From Octopus sinensis (taxonomy: Eukaryota): a stretch of 64,000 nucleotides of DNA. Positions 23,369 to 36,317 of this stretch are shown piece by piece. Position 1 is the first letter of the stretch. Every line of letters starts with the position of its first letter. The stretch is taken from the NCBI RefSeq assembly GCF_006345805.1, contig NC_043000.1, positions 112,778,001 through 112,842,000 of the forward strand, given 5' to 3'. The notes under the pieces were generated by a model. That model searched no databases and was not told the origin of the DNA. It was given only the letters and a program-made list of their open reading frames with translations. The position numbers and the translations under genes were made by a program.

Positions 23369-23924
23369 TGTGTGTGTGTGTGTAATATACATACATGCAT
23401 ACAAAGAAAGAAAGAGTAATCAGGAATGTACGTTTGTACATACTTGATGACTGCAACTTAATTTTGATCAATGCCATTGCTTAAGCATTAACAGAATGGT
23501 TATGGCTTTCCATTACCGCTCGAGATCTTTTTTTGCATAGATGTTTCAATGAAGGATGCCTCTTGAATCAGCTGTTCAGAGAACTTATCACCCAATGACG
23601 CATGCTTTCATTGCATCATGAAATTTTTCGTTCAGTATTTTTTGTTCTTCGGTTATAGCCAGTCATATGATGCAACTCATAATGGAGACGTTAATAGAGA
23701 TATTAAATAATCAAGCGATTCGTGTACCTGAAACATATTGTAATAAGGAAAGGCCTCGTACAAGGTCGATCTAGCTCTCTAAATAACGTATGCAATTACC
23801 TAAAACTAAAGAGTTGTCTAAATCATTGCATGCAAACAAAATTGCACACGTTACATCGGAGTTTTCTTTCTGGAGAGACTGACTAAACGATATGGATGAA
23901 GAACTTTCGTCATTTCGCTTCTAC

Positions 23925-24090
23925 TAACAAAGGCTCTCAGTGCAGTTCTATGGATGATGTCCCTGAGAGAGTCCCATCTCTGCTGAACATTGTCCCCCTG
24001 ATGGGTCTACAAATAGGGCATCTCCCAGTGTCCTGAAGAATACATCTGTCTTAGTTGGGTGTTGATTTGAGGTAGCACTGATGCGCTGCT
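23925..24090 (-). mobile_element. LINE internal fragment, RTE-like endonuclease-RT linker
   Basis: Minus frame RISATSNQHPTKTDVFFRTLGDALFVDPSGDNVQQRWDSLRDIIHRTALRAF resembles the W..LRD.IH.TA linker motif (recall). Confidence 0.5.
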
Positions 24091-24169
24091 ATATACATAC
24101 ATACATACAGGACTTGGTGTTTGCTTTTTCCGTGGGTTTGAGTAAGTATTTCACTTATATCTCGCGTAT

Positions 24170-24229
24170 TTGCCGCTGAAGAGGAGAAAATTCTTATGAA
24201 TTAACTCCGAAATTGCTCCAATACGGTAA
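24170..24229 (+). ncRNA. Type I hammerhead ribozyme, intact core (H4)
   Basis: UUGCCG-CUGAAGA(24176-82)-GGAG-[AAUUC/GAAUU hairpin]-CUCC(24205-08)-GAAA-UUG-CUC-CAA-UA(24222-23)/CGGUAA. All three stems pair; predicted AUA cut after 24223. Confidence 0.85.
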
Positions 24230-24405
24230 TAACGAATTTTTTAGAAATTTCTATCGGTTTGTTTCGAGACGCATAAATTATAATGGTTAATTGACAATTT
24301 CTGTCTTTTTTCGGCATATTTGGCATTAGAATTTTTCTTTTGCCCTTATATTGTAAATTATGTACCATATCTATATATATATAACTATATATATATATAT
24401 ATGTA

Positions 24406-24791
24406 TACTCTCTCTTTTTACTCTTTTACTTGTTTCAGTCATTTTGACTGCAGCCATGCTGGAGCACCGCCTTTTTAATCGAGCAACTCGACCCCGGGAC
24501 TTATTCTTTGTAAGCCCAGTACTTATTCTATCGGTCTGTTTTGCGAACCGCTAAGTGACAGGGACATAAACACACAAGCACAGACACACAAACACACACG
24601 CACACACACATATATATATACATATATACGACGGGCTTCTTTCAGTTTCCGTCTACCAAATCCACTGACAAGGCTTTGGTCAGCCCGAGGCTATAGTAGA
24701 AGACACATGCCCAAGGTGCCTCGCAGTGGTACTGAACCCGGAACCATGTGGCTGGTAAACAAGCTACTTACCACACAGCCACTCCTGCGCC
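24406..24791 (-). mobile_element. SINE family B, full length
   Basis: Head ggcgcaggagtggctgtgtgg...gggttcagtacc (A/B-box-like), CORE-like ttgggcatgtgtcttc and a GTAAAAGA tail. Confidence 0.92.
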
Positions 24792-24795
24792 TATG

Positions 24796-24836
<41 letters not shown>

Positions 24837-24900
24837 CACATACATACGGTTTTTCTTGTAAGACTGATAGAGGCAATCGTGTTTAACTCTAGCCTTTAAG

Positions 24901-24956
24901 AGTCGCTGATGAAGATTAAGATGGCCTGCATCAAAATCTGAAATTGCGATCCGGCT
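24901..24956 (+). ncRNA. Type I hammerhead ribozyme, intact core (H5)
   Basis: AGUCG-CUGAUGA(24906-12)-AGAUU-[GAUG/CAUC]-AAUCU(24935-39)-GAAA-U-UGCG-AUC(24949-51)/CGGCU. Stem I has 5 bp (one G.U), stem II 5 bp; predicted cut after 24951. Confidence 0.85.
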
Positions 24957-25731
24957 ATGCACGCTGGGGACTTACCTCTCTTTATCAGTCATTAAGTTCA
25001 GTACTCTTGTGGCTTTGAGTTATTTTAAGAAAAACAGTGCTAGTCAGTACCATCTGTCACTTTTTTGACCTCTATAAAATCGCCTTTATTTAATTGCTAA
25101 TAAGCTACACTTTTTTTAATCTGTGACTGAATATATATATTTATATGTATGGTATGAGTGGGTGTGCGTGTGTGTGTGTAAGTAGATATGTATACATGTG
25201 TGTAAGTGTGTGTATGCACACGCGAGCATCTGTGTATGTATATGCGAGTGAGTGTAGTTGTGCTTATATATATGTACGTGAGTGCGCGTACATATCCGTA
25301 TATGTGAGCGTGTGTATATATCTGTATGTATATGTGTGTGTAGATTTTATATATGTGTATGTATGTGAATGTATATATATATATATATAAGTGTGTGTGT
25401 GTGTGTGCACGCGCGCGCATATATGCGTGTATGTGTCCGAGTGTTGAATCTTAAAGGCCAACTAAGGAGAATCATATGTGTAGACAACCATGAAGATCAA
25501 ATCAACAGTACAAAGAAATAAAATACCAATCTCTTTAAAACGGCAACCACTTTAAGAGTACGAGAATCACCATCCCACTACATTTACGCATTCAAAGCAG
25601 TTTGCCAACCGCCCTTCACCAACAACATACCCTGATAGGCTTTGTGACTACTACTAAATTAAGGCCACGACAGAGAGATAGAATGTTCCTTGAAGCCGAT
25701 GATTTTAAATTTACAGAGACAATATTTACAT

Positions 25732-25837
25732 ATCACCTGAGGAAACACAACTAGATCTCATAATGCAGGGAAATAGTTTCTTAATCAAGTACCTGCACAT
25801 CTGGAGAACTACGTTGCGTGCAAACAATTGTAGTGAT
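25732..25837 (+). ncRNA. Decayed hammerhead-like motif of the H3/H10 family (H6)
   Basis: AUCAC-CUGAGGA...CAAA-C-AAUU-GUA/GUGAU. Stem I has 5 bp, but G12 is lost and stem II has decayed. Confidence 0.5.
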
Positions 25838-26050
25838 TAAAAAATAAATGTTCAACCGTACTCTTCTTGTTGATTCAAATTTTTTCTATTCACACACGAC
25901 AGATGCCCAAACGCAAACCTGGAAATACATATAATACTACTACTGGAAAGCACAGTTTAAATGTGAAAGTGGACGAGCGAGCTTTATACTGTATTCTACC
26001 ATGTTCTTAACAGAATATACTATAATTATATATATATATATATATATATA

Positions 26051-26180
26051 AGACGGGCTTCTTACGATTTACGTCAACCAGATATACTCACAAGTCTTTG
26101 GTCGGCCCGAGTCTATACCAGAAGATACTTGCCCAGGGTGTCACGCAATAGTACTGAACCCAGAACCATGTGGTTGGGAA
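26051..26180 (-). mobile_element. SINE family B, 5' fragment
   Basis: Matches the head half of 24406-24791. Confidence 0.7.
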
Positions 26181-26420
26181 TACATATATATTTATATATA
26201 TCTGTATATATATATATACGGCAAGATGTGTGTGTATGTGTGTGTGTGTGTACGTGATTGTAGTTTATGCACATCCACAAATTAGCACGCATGTCGCTCA
26301 AATTTTAGGAGGACATTCGTCAACATCCTATCTGGGTTTGTCAACTTATTTTTTTCCCGAGGCACCCGCGGATAGCGGTAAAAATCTATTTTTAGCCATA
26401 ACTTTTAGCGGCAAAAATCT

Positions 26421-26695
26421 ATTTTCAGCCATAGATTTTTGACGGCGTCTAATAAAAAAAAACAAGATAAAGAAAAGTGGAAGAAGAGAGGCAGAGAGTT
26501 TCACGGGAAAGACAAAGTGAGAGAGGGAGAGAGAGAGAGAGTAAGTGACGACGTTCCTAAAAATCCTAAAAATTTTCAGCCATAGCTTTCTGACGGCGTC
26601 TAACAAAAAAAAGATGAAGAAAAATGGAAGAGAAGCAAAGAGTTTCACGGGAAAGACAAATTGAGAGACGGAGAGAGAGAGTAAGTGACGGCGTT
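26421..26695. repeat. Tandem duplication of a ~150-bp unit
   Basis: ttttcagccatag...tgacggcgtctaa...gagtttcacgggaaagacaaa...gagtaagtgacg occurs twice. Confidence 0.85.
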
Positions 26696-27029
26696 GATAA
26701 AATATAAAATGTAAAATGTTTTGTCTTTTCTTAAACATGAGATAGAGTGTTCAAATTCAGGATGTTTTTGAAAGACCCTATATTTTATAATCATAATATA
26801 TATACTTTCTCACACAACAATTACAATATATTTATTTATTTATTTATTTTAAATCGTTCATCTTTCTCCCCCCCCCACTATCTCTCTCTCACACATTACT
26901 TTGGGTGCGAAAGAGTTTTGTTTTTATTTTACGCCGAGTAAAAAAGTGTTTTGTTGACAATCCATTTATTTAATAACAAAGAAACAAAGAGGTAAGTAAC
27001 AATTTGTCAGTGAATTGCACAATATAAAT

Positions 27030-27560
27030 GGGTGCAATTTCCGAGGCTTCCACCACACCCACTCCGTTTCACGGACCACAAAAAGGGTTTTGTAGCATAT
27101 TAGGAGGCCAGAGTAATTGATTCCACGCAAAAATAAAAACGATTGTTTTCTTAGTGAAAATCGTGCAAGTGTTAATCTACAAATTTAACAGCATTTTTCC
27201 ATTCATTTCTGTTTATGAACATGCATGCATGCACAAAACATGCAATAGGTGTACGTACGTACACGTGTGTTCGTATCTGTTGCCCATATATATTTATATT
27301 ATATTATATTATATATATTATATTATATTATATATATATAATATATATAATATAGGCGGTGCTCCAGCATGGCCGCAGTCAAATGACTGAAACAAGTAAA
27401 AGAGAAAGAGTAAAAGAGTATATAATATAACCAATTTCAACGGATTTTGCCCAAATTTGACGTCGATATTACTTAGTTTGGTTTGAAATAAAGAACTTGA
27501 TTAGCTTAATAATCGTACTTAATCCCGGGCAAGGCCGGTTATTACTCCCTTGTATAGATA
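27030..27560 (+). mobile_element. Helitron-like 3' fragments interrupted by a SINE B tail (27351-27420)
   Basis: 27073-27185 is homologous to 21099-21190; degenerate terminal hairpin cccgggcaaggccggt at ~27524-27540. Confidence 0.4.
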
Positions 27561-27746
27561 GATATATATAATATATAGTATATACTCCTCCCCCCACACA
27601 TATATATATATATACATATATATACACACGCACACACACACCACATTATATATATATATATATATATATATAACACAGACATATCTATCTAGCTATCTAT
27701 CGTTCTGTCCATGATGTACGTATGTATGTATCTACCTATCTATCAC

Positions 27747-27807
<61 letters not shown>

Positions 27808-27842
27808 ATCTATATATACATATCTATATATCATATATATAT

Positions 27843-27874
<32 letters not shown>

Positions 27875-27997
27875 AACACACACAAATATATTTAATATAT
27901 ACGAGTGTGTAGTATGTGGGAAATTATATATACAAAGCATGTTTAAACACAGACATATCTATCTATCTACCTATCTATCTATCTATCTATCTATCTA

Positions 27998-28048
<51 letters not shown>

Positions 28049-28180
28049 CTCCTAACCAATCAATATGCGTGTTTATACAAAAGTGCATCAAATTGGGGAG
28101 AGAAGAAAGATATCGAAACACACACATACGCACAATCGCAAGCATACACACAAGCACATATACATACAACTAACCCCACC

Positions 28181-28219
<39 letters not shown>

Positions 28220-28761
28220 CATACACACAAAACCACTTACTAACGCAGAAACACATACGAACACACGCACGCATACACACACAAACACAACGAGCAAAAC
28301 AAACAATGCATTTTCTCTACAAGAATTCCACAACATTTCCAACACAAACCCTTAGGTGAAAAATGGTAATTTTCAAGATTTTACTCTCGTCTGCTGAGGC
28401 TTATTGCTTCTTCTCGTTGTTGTTGTTGTTGGTGTCTTTCTTAACTAGACTTGTTAATTCACTGCTTTCTGAATTCAAGCCGTTGTTGTTGGTGTGGTGG
28501 TTGTTGCTACCGATTTCATTGTTGTTGTTAATATTGTTGTTGTTGTTGTTGTTGTTAGTGGTGTTACATTTTATTTTAGATTTTGCTTCTTGTTTTGTCA
28601 ATGTTCTTCGTGCTGTTGTTATTGTTAAATTGGTTCGGTGTTGTTGTTGTTGTTGTTTGTGTTGTTGTGCTTTATACACAACGTGTCAATTCACTCTTTT
28701 CCTTCTTCACAATTTACAACTTATTCCAGCAAATACATTCTTCACGCGAGTAATGTAACAA

Positions 28762-29126
28762 TTCTTCTTCTTCTTCACCACTTCCTCTTCTTCTTCTCTT
28801 CTTCTTCTTCTTCTTCTTCTTCTTCTTCTCCTTCTTCTTCTGCTTTCTTCTCTTCTTTCCTTTTCTTCTTCTTCTTCTTCTTCTTCTTCTTCTCCTTCAC
28901 CACTTCCTCCTCCTCCTCTTTCTTCTTCTTCTTCTTCTTCTTCTTCTTCTTCTCTTCCCCTCCCCCTCTCCTTCTTCTTCTTCACCACTTCCACCTCCTC
29001 CTCCTCCTCCTCCTTCTTCTTCTTCTTCTCCTTCACCACTTCCTCCTCCTCCTCCTCCTCCTCCTCTTTCTTCTTCTTGTTCTTCTTGTTCTTGTTCTTG
29101 TTCTTCTTGTTGTTCTTCTTCTTCTT
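28762..29126. repeat. Compound (CTT)n/(CCT)n polypyrimidine microsatellite
   Basis: Read directly. Confidence 0.92.
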
Positions 29127-29520
29127 GGTGGAATCGTTAGCACAGTAGACAGAACGCTTAGTGACATTTCGCCCGTCTTTACGATCAGAGTTCAAATTCC
29201 GCACTAGTCGAATTTGCCTTTCATCCTTTCGGAGCCGATAAAATAAATACCAGTCAAACACTGGGCTAATAAAACTCAACTCCTACCACAAACTGCTGGC
29301 CTTGTGCCAACATTTGAAACCAATATTCGTAAGGCGATGATGAGCTGAGAGAATCATTTATCCACCAGGCAAAATGCTTCGCAGCTTTTCGTCCGTCTTT
29401 ACGTTCTGAATTCATATTCTGCCGAGGTGGACTTTTGGTTTTCATCGTTTCGTTGTCGATAAAAATAAGTAAAAAGTTAAACACTGCGGTCGATGGAATT
29501 GATTCGCCTTTTCGTTGAAA
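29126..29520 (+). mobile_element. Two diverged SINE family A copies
   Basis: B-box-like gagttcaaattcc (~29188) and gaattcatattc (~29407), each followed by family A body sequence. Confidence 0.7.
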
Positions 29521-29544
29521 CCGTTATCATTAACATCATTCTTT

Positions 29545-29800
29545 GGCGAAGGCTCTCTGCTTATTTTGCTGGGTATGTTAGGAAGTGACAGCTGCCCACA
29601 GTCAACAGACTAAGGTGACACTTGTTTACTGATCCAGCTTCAAGAACCCAGCAGAGATCACTTTCAGTTCCAAGCAATGATGATTTCTGTACGTATTCTA
29701 TCTTTACATTTGTACAAATCTTTTTCAGCCATGTTGGTAATTGAGTGCTAATTCTTCCAAACACCGCAAATACTGCAGGTACCAAGTGCACACAACCTGC
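29545..29800 (-). mobile_element. R4/Dong-like 3' fragment
   Basis: Minus frame VPAVFAVFGRISTQLPTWLKKICTNVKIEYVQKSSLLGT is the C-terminal REL motif; abuts (TAA)n on the minus strand at ~29802-29858. Confidence 0.7.
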
Positions 29801-30394
29801 GTATTATTATTATTTATTATTATTATTAATTATTATTATTATTATTATTATCATCATCATCATCATCATCGTCATCATCATCATCATCATGCGTTCACTG
29901 CACTACCAAGGGCAGCTCTGTGTGCCTTGGGTATGTGCTGTGGTTTGCTGTGATGCTCTTATGGTTACTGTATTGAAAGTGTTTTGCGTAGGATGTGTGC
30001 AATGCCTAGTAGTGCTATTTTCTGTATGTTATGTATATTTGTTAATCTTGGTGTTTTATCATGTATTATTATCATCATTATTATTTTTTTTTCTTCTTCA
30101 AATTTGCTTCCATTTCTTGCCGAGTGTCTTCCCGACTCCTAGGGCAAAGAAACTCATAGTAGGCCATTGGTAGGCCATTAAACTAAACTCAATAGTTCGT
30201 TAATTTTTTTTTAAAGTTAAATTAAAATACATGGGTAGTAATAGTTCTCACATCGACAATGCTCTTCTCAATACGTGTGATGTACCAGTTAAGACAATCT
30301 TTTGCACTTCTTGCAGGGATGGTAAGCCAGGGATCATTCTCAAATAATTTTCGGTTCCCTTCTTGATCATTCCTAGTGCTCCCACTACTACTAC

Positions 30395-30440
<46 letters not shown>

Positions 30441-30477
30441 TTTGTTGTTGTTATTATTATTATTATTAATACTATGT

Positions 30478-30680
30478 AGGCGGGGAACTGGCAGAATCGT
30501 TAGCACGCGGCGCAAAATAACGGTATTTCGTCTGTTTCCACGTTCTGAGTTCAAATTCATCCCTGGCTGACTTCGCCTTTCATCCTTTCGGGCTCGATGA
30601 AATAAGCACCAGTTATGCACTGGGGTTAATATAATCGGCCCAAAATTTTCAACGTCTTGTGCCGAGAGTAGAAATAATAA
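30478..30680 (+). mobile_element. SINE family A (tail type B)
   Basis: Head ggcggggaactggcagaatcgttagc; tail cccaaaattttcaacgtcttgtgccgagagtagaa. Confidence 0.8.
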
Positions 30681-30714
30681 TGATAATAATAATAATTATT
30701 ACCATTATTACCAT

Positions 30715-31720
30715 TTTTTACTTATAATCTGCATGTCTTTTACAGTCACTTGCCGAGGCTCACCCAGTGTCCTGGGGCGAGTGAAGGATGTTACAGCATG
30801 ACTAAAAGCTTGGTGAGGGAAAGAAGCGAAATATCTTCATGTAATACAACACAGACATTTAAATGGAAGGGATTTTTCTATGGATCTGGACATTACTTGT
30901 CAATACTATCTTTTGGATTTCTCTGACAGATGGTCCTCCTGGGATCTTATCTAGATGTTTTTGACATTCCTTTTATTTTATCATACCTATGGCACCTACA
31001 ATAACAGGAACAGTTCTCGTTTTAACATGCCAGATCTTTTGTATTTCAATTTCCAGGTCCTTATATGTACTCGGTTTGTCAAATTCCTTCACATATATAA
31101 TTTTATGAGTACCTAACGCGCCTACTAATGGAGGCGCGTGGTTTAGTGGATGGGGTGTTGAACTCATGATCGTAAGGTTGTGGTTTCGATTCCTGGACCG
31201 GGCGATGCGTTGTGTTCTTGGGCAAAACACTTCATTTCACGTTACTCCAGTCCACTCAGCTGGCAAAAATGAGTAATCCTGCGACGGACCGGCGTCCCGT
31301 CCAGGTGGGGAATTTCTACTCCACTGAAACCGGGAAACCGGCCCTTATGAGCCTGGCATGGCTCGAGAAGGAACATTTATTTAATGCGCCTACTATAATA
31401 GGAATTTCTGTTTTGAGCTTCCACATTGAAGTTACCTTTAATTCCAGATCGTTGCATTTTGAGGATTTTTCCGTTTCTTTTGCGGATACATTGTCATCTG
31501 TTGGTATTGATACATCGAATAGATGACATTTGTTTTCTTAGTAATCTCTGGCAACTATACCCGCCTGTTTTACCGCCTCTGACTGTCCCTCTCTCCTACT
31601 CCGTATGTTGTTTTACTCTCCTTTCTGTCTGGCATGACCGGCAGGTTACATATTTCGTTTTATTATATGTAAGATTATTATCCAGTTGAATATGAGCAAC
31701 CGCCATGTTTGGGTGTTTCA
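30715..31720 (-). mobile_element. Two fused R4/Dong-like REL fragments, the upstream one split by a SINE
   Basis: ~31396-31540 encodes KCHLFDVSIPTDDNVSAKE...MWKLKTEIPIIVGA, resuming VGALG after the SINE. ~30870-31095 encodes KEFDK..YKDLEIEIQKIWHVKTRTVPVIVGAIGMIK..HLDKIPG..EIQKIVL. The 3'UTR ends in degenerate (TAA)n at ~30700. Confidence 0.8.
31130..31385 (+). mobile_element. tRNA-derived SINE family C with CORE-like central domain and 10-bp TSD
   Basis: A-box-like tggtttagtgg, B-box-like gtttcgattcc, CORE-like gtgttcttgggcaaaacactt, (TTTA)n tail. TSD GCGCCTACTA at 31118-27 and 31386-95. Confidence 0.88.
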
Positions 31721-32040
31721 TGAGTATGGGTGTTTCATTAGGATTCTTCCGCAAAATATTTAGGATTAGACAGTTTTAGGGATCTTTCCCTTGTTTTCTC
31801 CCTATAAGAATTTATGTTGCCGCTAATAATAGCTTTTTTCTTATCATAATTTCACTAAATGAATTAAATATCATTTTCGTTGTGTCCTCTTAAGAAATGT
31901 AGCTTGTATAGAAATCTCTTTCGCTCTGTGTATAGCTATCTATATCTCTCAATCAATCACTTTCTCTCTCAACACAAATTCTCTCACACACACTTGCACA
32001 CACAAACACTTATACACTTATACACACAAACATACGCACA

Positions 32041-32094
<54 letters not shown>

Positions 32095-32507
32095 TATATT
32101 GAAAAGACACCTATATATATATATATATATCTATATATATATAATATATATATATATAATATATATATAACACATAAATATATACATACATATATAATAT
32201 ATATATACAAACACATACACATATGTATAACGTGTCATATGTAGCCAGTACAAGTTGTAGTGTACGGAAGCATTGAAGTTCATATCGGTGCCATAAGTTA
32301 GCATGATTATATCAACGATACACACTGACACACAGGCATACTCTCTTTCGCGCACACGTATGTAACAAGAGGTGTATTTTAGAGAGATTTGAAAGTTGCA
32401 AAAATAGATAGATTGAAGATATATTGATAAATAGATAGGTAGATAAATAACGAGAGGCGAGATAGATAGAGAGCGACAGATTGACTGATAGACAGATAGG
32501 TAGATAT

Positions 32508-32613
<106 letters not shown>

Positions 32614-32614
32614 T

Positions 32615-32647
<33 letters not shown>

Positions 32648-32740
32648 AGATAGATAGATAGATAGATAGATAGATGGATAGATTGATAGACTGATAGATA
32701 GACTGATAGATAGGTAGATAGATAGATAGATAGATACATA

Positions 32741-33157
32741 GGCGCAAGAGTGGCTGTGTGGTAAGTAGCTTGCTAACCAACCACATGGTTCCGGGTTCAG
32801 TCCCACTGCGTGGCATCTTGGGCAAGTGTCTTCTGCTATAGCCCCGGGCCGACCAATGCCTTGTGAGTGGGTTTGGTAGACGGAAACTGAAAGTAGCCTG
32901 TCGTATATATGTATATATATATATAAGTGTGTGTGTACATGTTTGTGTGTCTGTGTTTGTCCCCCTAGCATTGCTTGACAACCGATGCTGGTGTGTTTAC
33001 GTCGCCGTCACTTAGCGGTTCGGCAAAAGAGACCGATAGAATAAGTACTGAGCTTACAAAGAATAAGTCCTGGGGTCGAGTTGCTCGACTAAAGGCGGTG
33101 CTCCAGCATGGCCGCAGTCAAATGACTGAAACAAGTAAAAGAGTAAAAAAGAGTAAA
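32741..33157 (+). mobile_element. SINE family B, full length
   Basis: tRNA-like head, CORE-like cttgggcaagtgtcttc, internal (TA)/(TG) run, 3' hairpin cagtca-aa-tgactg and (GTAAAAGA)n tail. Confidence 0.93.
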
Positions 33158-33223
33158 TAGTATAGATAGATAGAAAGCGATAGATGGATAGATAGATAGG
33201 TAGATAGACAATATATATTATAT

Positions 33224-33255
<32 letters not shown>

Positions 33256-33259
33256 GATT

Positions 33260-33294
<35 letters not shown>

Positions 33295-33336
33295 GGATAG
33301 GTAGATAGATTGATAGATAGATAGATATATAGACAG

Positions 33337-33402
<66 letters not shown>

Positions 33403-34857
33403 TCGATCGAACGATAGATAGATAGATAGGTAGATAGATTGATAGATTGATAGATAGATTGATAGATAGATAGAGAGTGATAGATAGATAGATAGATAGA
33501 AAGCGATAGATAGACAGAGAGATAGATAGAGAGAGAGGGGGAGAGAGAGATTTCTTTGTCAACGTACATCCATTCTTCCATGCTGGTGTATCTTACTCTT
33601 TTGAATTAGGTGAGAAAATTTAATCGGTAGAGGGAGCTGGTGATGTGTTTATAATTGAGCATTTCGTAAAAATTCCTCTCTCACCGCCCCACAACAAAAA
33701 GAGGTAATAAAACGGCATAAGAGAAACGTAATATAAAAATAGCGAAAATAAAAATTAAAATAAAAGGGACTGAGAAAAAAAAATATTGAGAAAAACTAAT
33801 GAAAATACGTTGGAGCATCTCTTGGCCGGAAGCTGGACGTTGTAGAATTAAAATTACGCTTAAATATAGCAATTAATTTATTAAAATGAATTTTTCAAAA
33901 AATAAACGAATAATCAAATATATCGCTAAAATAAAATTGTAAAAAAGCTATATTCATACCAGTAATTGTGTGGCTTAATTGAGCGCTAATAAATTAATGT
34001 AGTTATTTTCGTAATTTTCATGAAGCTCTGGATATAAAGAGCAAAACGAAAGATGAAAACTTATAAGGTGGCATAAAATTTGAAATGTAATTATTTTTGG
34101 TTGCAATACAATTCAAAAGTGGTTCCAAAATAGTTTGGCAGCAAAAAAAAAAAAAAAAAAAATTGCACAGTAAATGGTTAGAAGAGGATTTAAATTGGTT
34201 AGGAATGGTTGGAAAATAGATGGAAATGGTTAGGAAAGGAATAAAAAGAAATAGTTATCAAAAATGGTTAGAAAATAGAAATATTTCGGAATTTTAGAAT
34301 CTGAATTGGAAAAACAAAAAGACAAAAAAATTAAGGAAAGAAAAAAAAAAGAAACCAGAGAATATTATTTCCAATTCATATTCGAGTTATTGCCTCACTT
34401 CCGGTTATATTTGCTGTTGAATGTTTGTCTTTATTCTTCTTGATGTTATCTTCCAATTTTGGATTTTAGGTGTTGCTCTTTTTCTTGGCTTGGAATTATT
34501 TTTCTTGGCTGTTTTCATTGTCTTCCTTCTTACCGATTCCTTATCTGTTTTGTGGTTGTAGCTTCCATAGCCTTTGTTATTGTTCTTCATATATATTTAT
34601 TGTTGTTTTATTTGTCGTTGATGACGATATCGTTGCTGTGGTCGTTGTCGTTATTGTTAGATGTCCCTCTTCTTTTCCTTTTCCGTGTCTATATTGTAAA
34701 TGCTTTGTTTTTTATTTAATTTTTGTGTTTTGTGGCTCTGTTTTATTATACTTTCATGCTGTAGAAAATTTTTTATCACTGTTGTTGCAAACCGTTGTTT
34801 TAAATTTAAAAATACACTCGTTTACAGTGATTTATCAGACGTTTACGGAGCATAGAG

Positions 34858-34906
<49 letters not shown>

Positions 34907-35077
34907 GCTGCTACTATTGATACTACTACTCTACTACTACTACTACTACTACTGATTCAACTTCTACTACTACTACTACTACTAATGCTGTTGCTACAAC
35001 AACTACTGCTACTACTACTACTATTTCTACTTCTACTACTACTACTAATACTGTTGCTACAACAACAACTACTACTT

Positions 35078-35123
<46 letters not shown>

Positions 35124-36317
35124 AGCATCGAGTGCTGCAACGTAGTTTACACTGGTTATTTCGAAAACGAATGATGGTTGGTTGTAATTCTATTGTCTCA
35201 CCTCTATTATTATCTGTGTCCTTCTTTTGCACCAGGATGTTTGGGATGTACAAATATTTTTCTCAAAAAAAAAAAAAATTTTAATAAATAAAAATAAATA
35301 AAAAGATATGTCTTGAAATCTTCGTAGCTCTTAAGCTTGTTGGCATTAGTATGCATCGCTTGAATGTAACTGTGTTTCGTGTTGCTAGATTTTATATTAA
35401 ATATTTCCATGGCGTATTCGGGTGCCGTGCGTGGAATTTACGCAAATGTGCACTGAATGATATTCGATACAGAAAATTTGACCCATTGATATAACTCAAA
35501 CCACAGGAGTGAGTTTTGTATTATTACTTGGATTCAAATTTGTGTTTCCAAATTCTGTAATTTTCTTTAAAAACCGGCCGTTTAATTTATCAGGTGACTA
35601 CTTGAATTTATAGATGTAGCAAACGTATTGTCTTAGCAGTAATTGGATTATCCTTTGAACATTTGTGCTGGTTTCCATAAGTTTTGTAACACGTTTTCTC
35701 TATAATTAACATTTTCAAACATCCCCGCTGATAACATTTTTTCCACCAAAAACGTGTTGGATCTTTTCACTTTGACATCATTGATTGGTTGAAATAGACG
35801 TCATTGATTGGTTGAAATTGCCGAAATGCAAGAAATTAAGCAACAAATAGCTTACAAACTACAGACGTTTCTCAAGAAAGCCAAGAGAAAAAGATGTTTT
35901 ATGTAACACACTACCAGTATACGAAGTTTCAAAGTATTTAGTTACAAAGTAATTATTTTTAAAAATTGTTTTGTTTCTCCATTACATATTTGAGTTACAT
36001 TCATTCTTGTGTTATATTTTACAGGTTGTATAGTATTGCTGTTCCTTTTCGCAAGGTTTTCTATCCGTCGTTAAATTTTATCTGCAATTTGTTTCAGTTG
36101 GGCAATCACCTTGAAGAGGATTTTGTCGAATGAATCGAACCCAGTACATTTTGTAAGCTTGGTATTCGTTCTATAGTTTCTTTTTGCTGAACCGCTAGGT
36201 TTTGAAAGGCAAACACAACACCACTTGGCAAGCAGTGGTGAGGCAGAGACTCAAAACATACACACACACACACACACACATGCATGTACATATATATGTA
36301 TACAAATCCCTGAATCT

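Noticed and set aside
28401-28679. N/Q-rich minus-strand ORF
   Set aside because: Non-ATG start within degenerate (AAC)n, which rarely yields stops; no splice or homology support.
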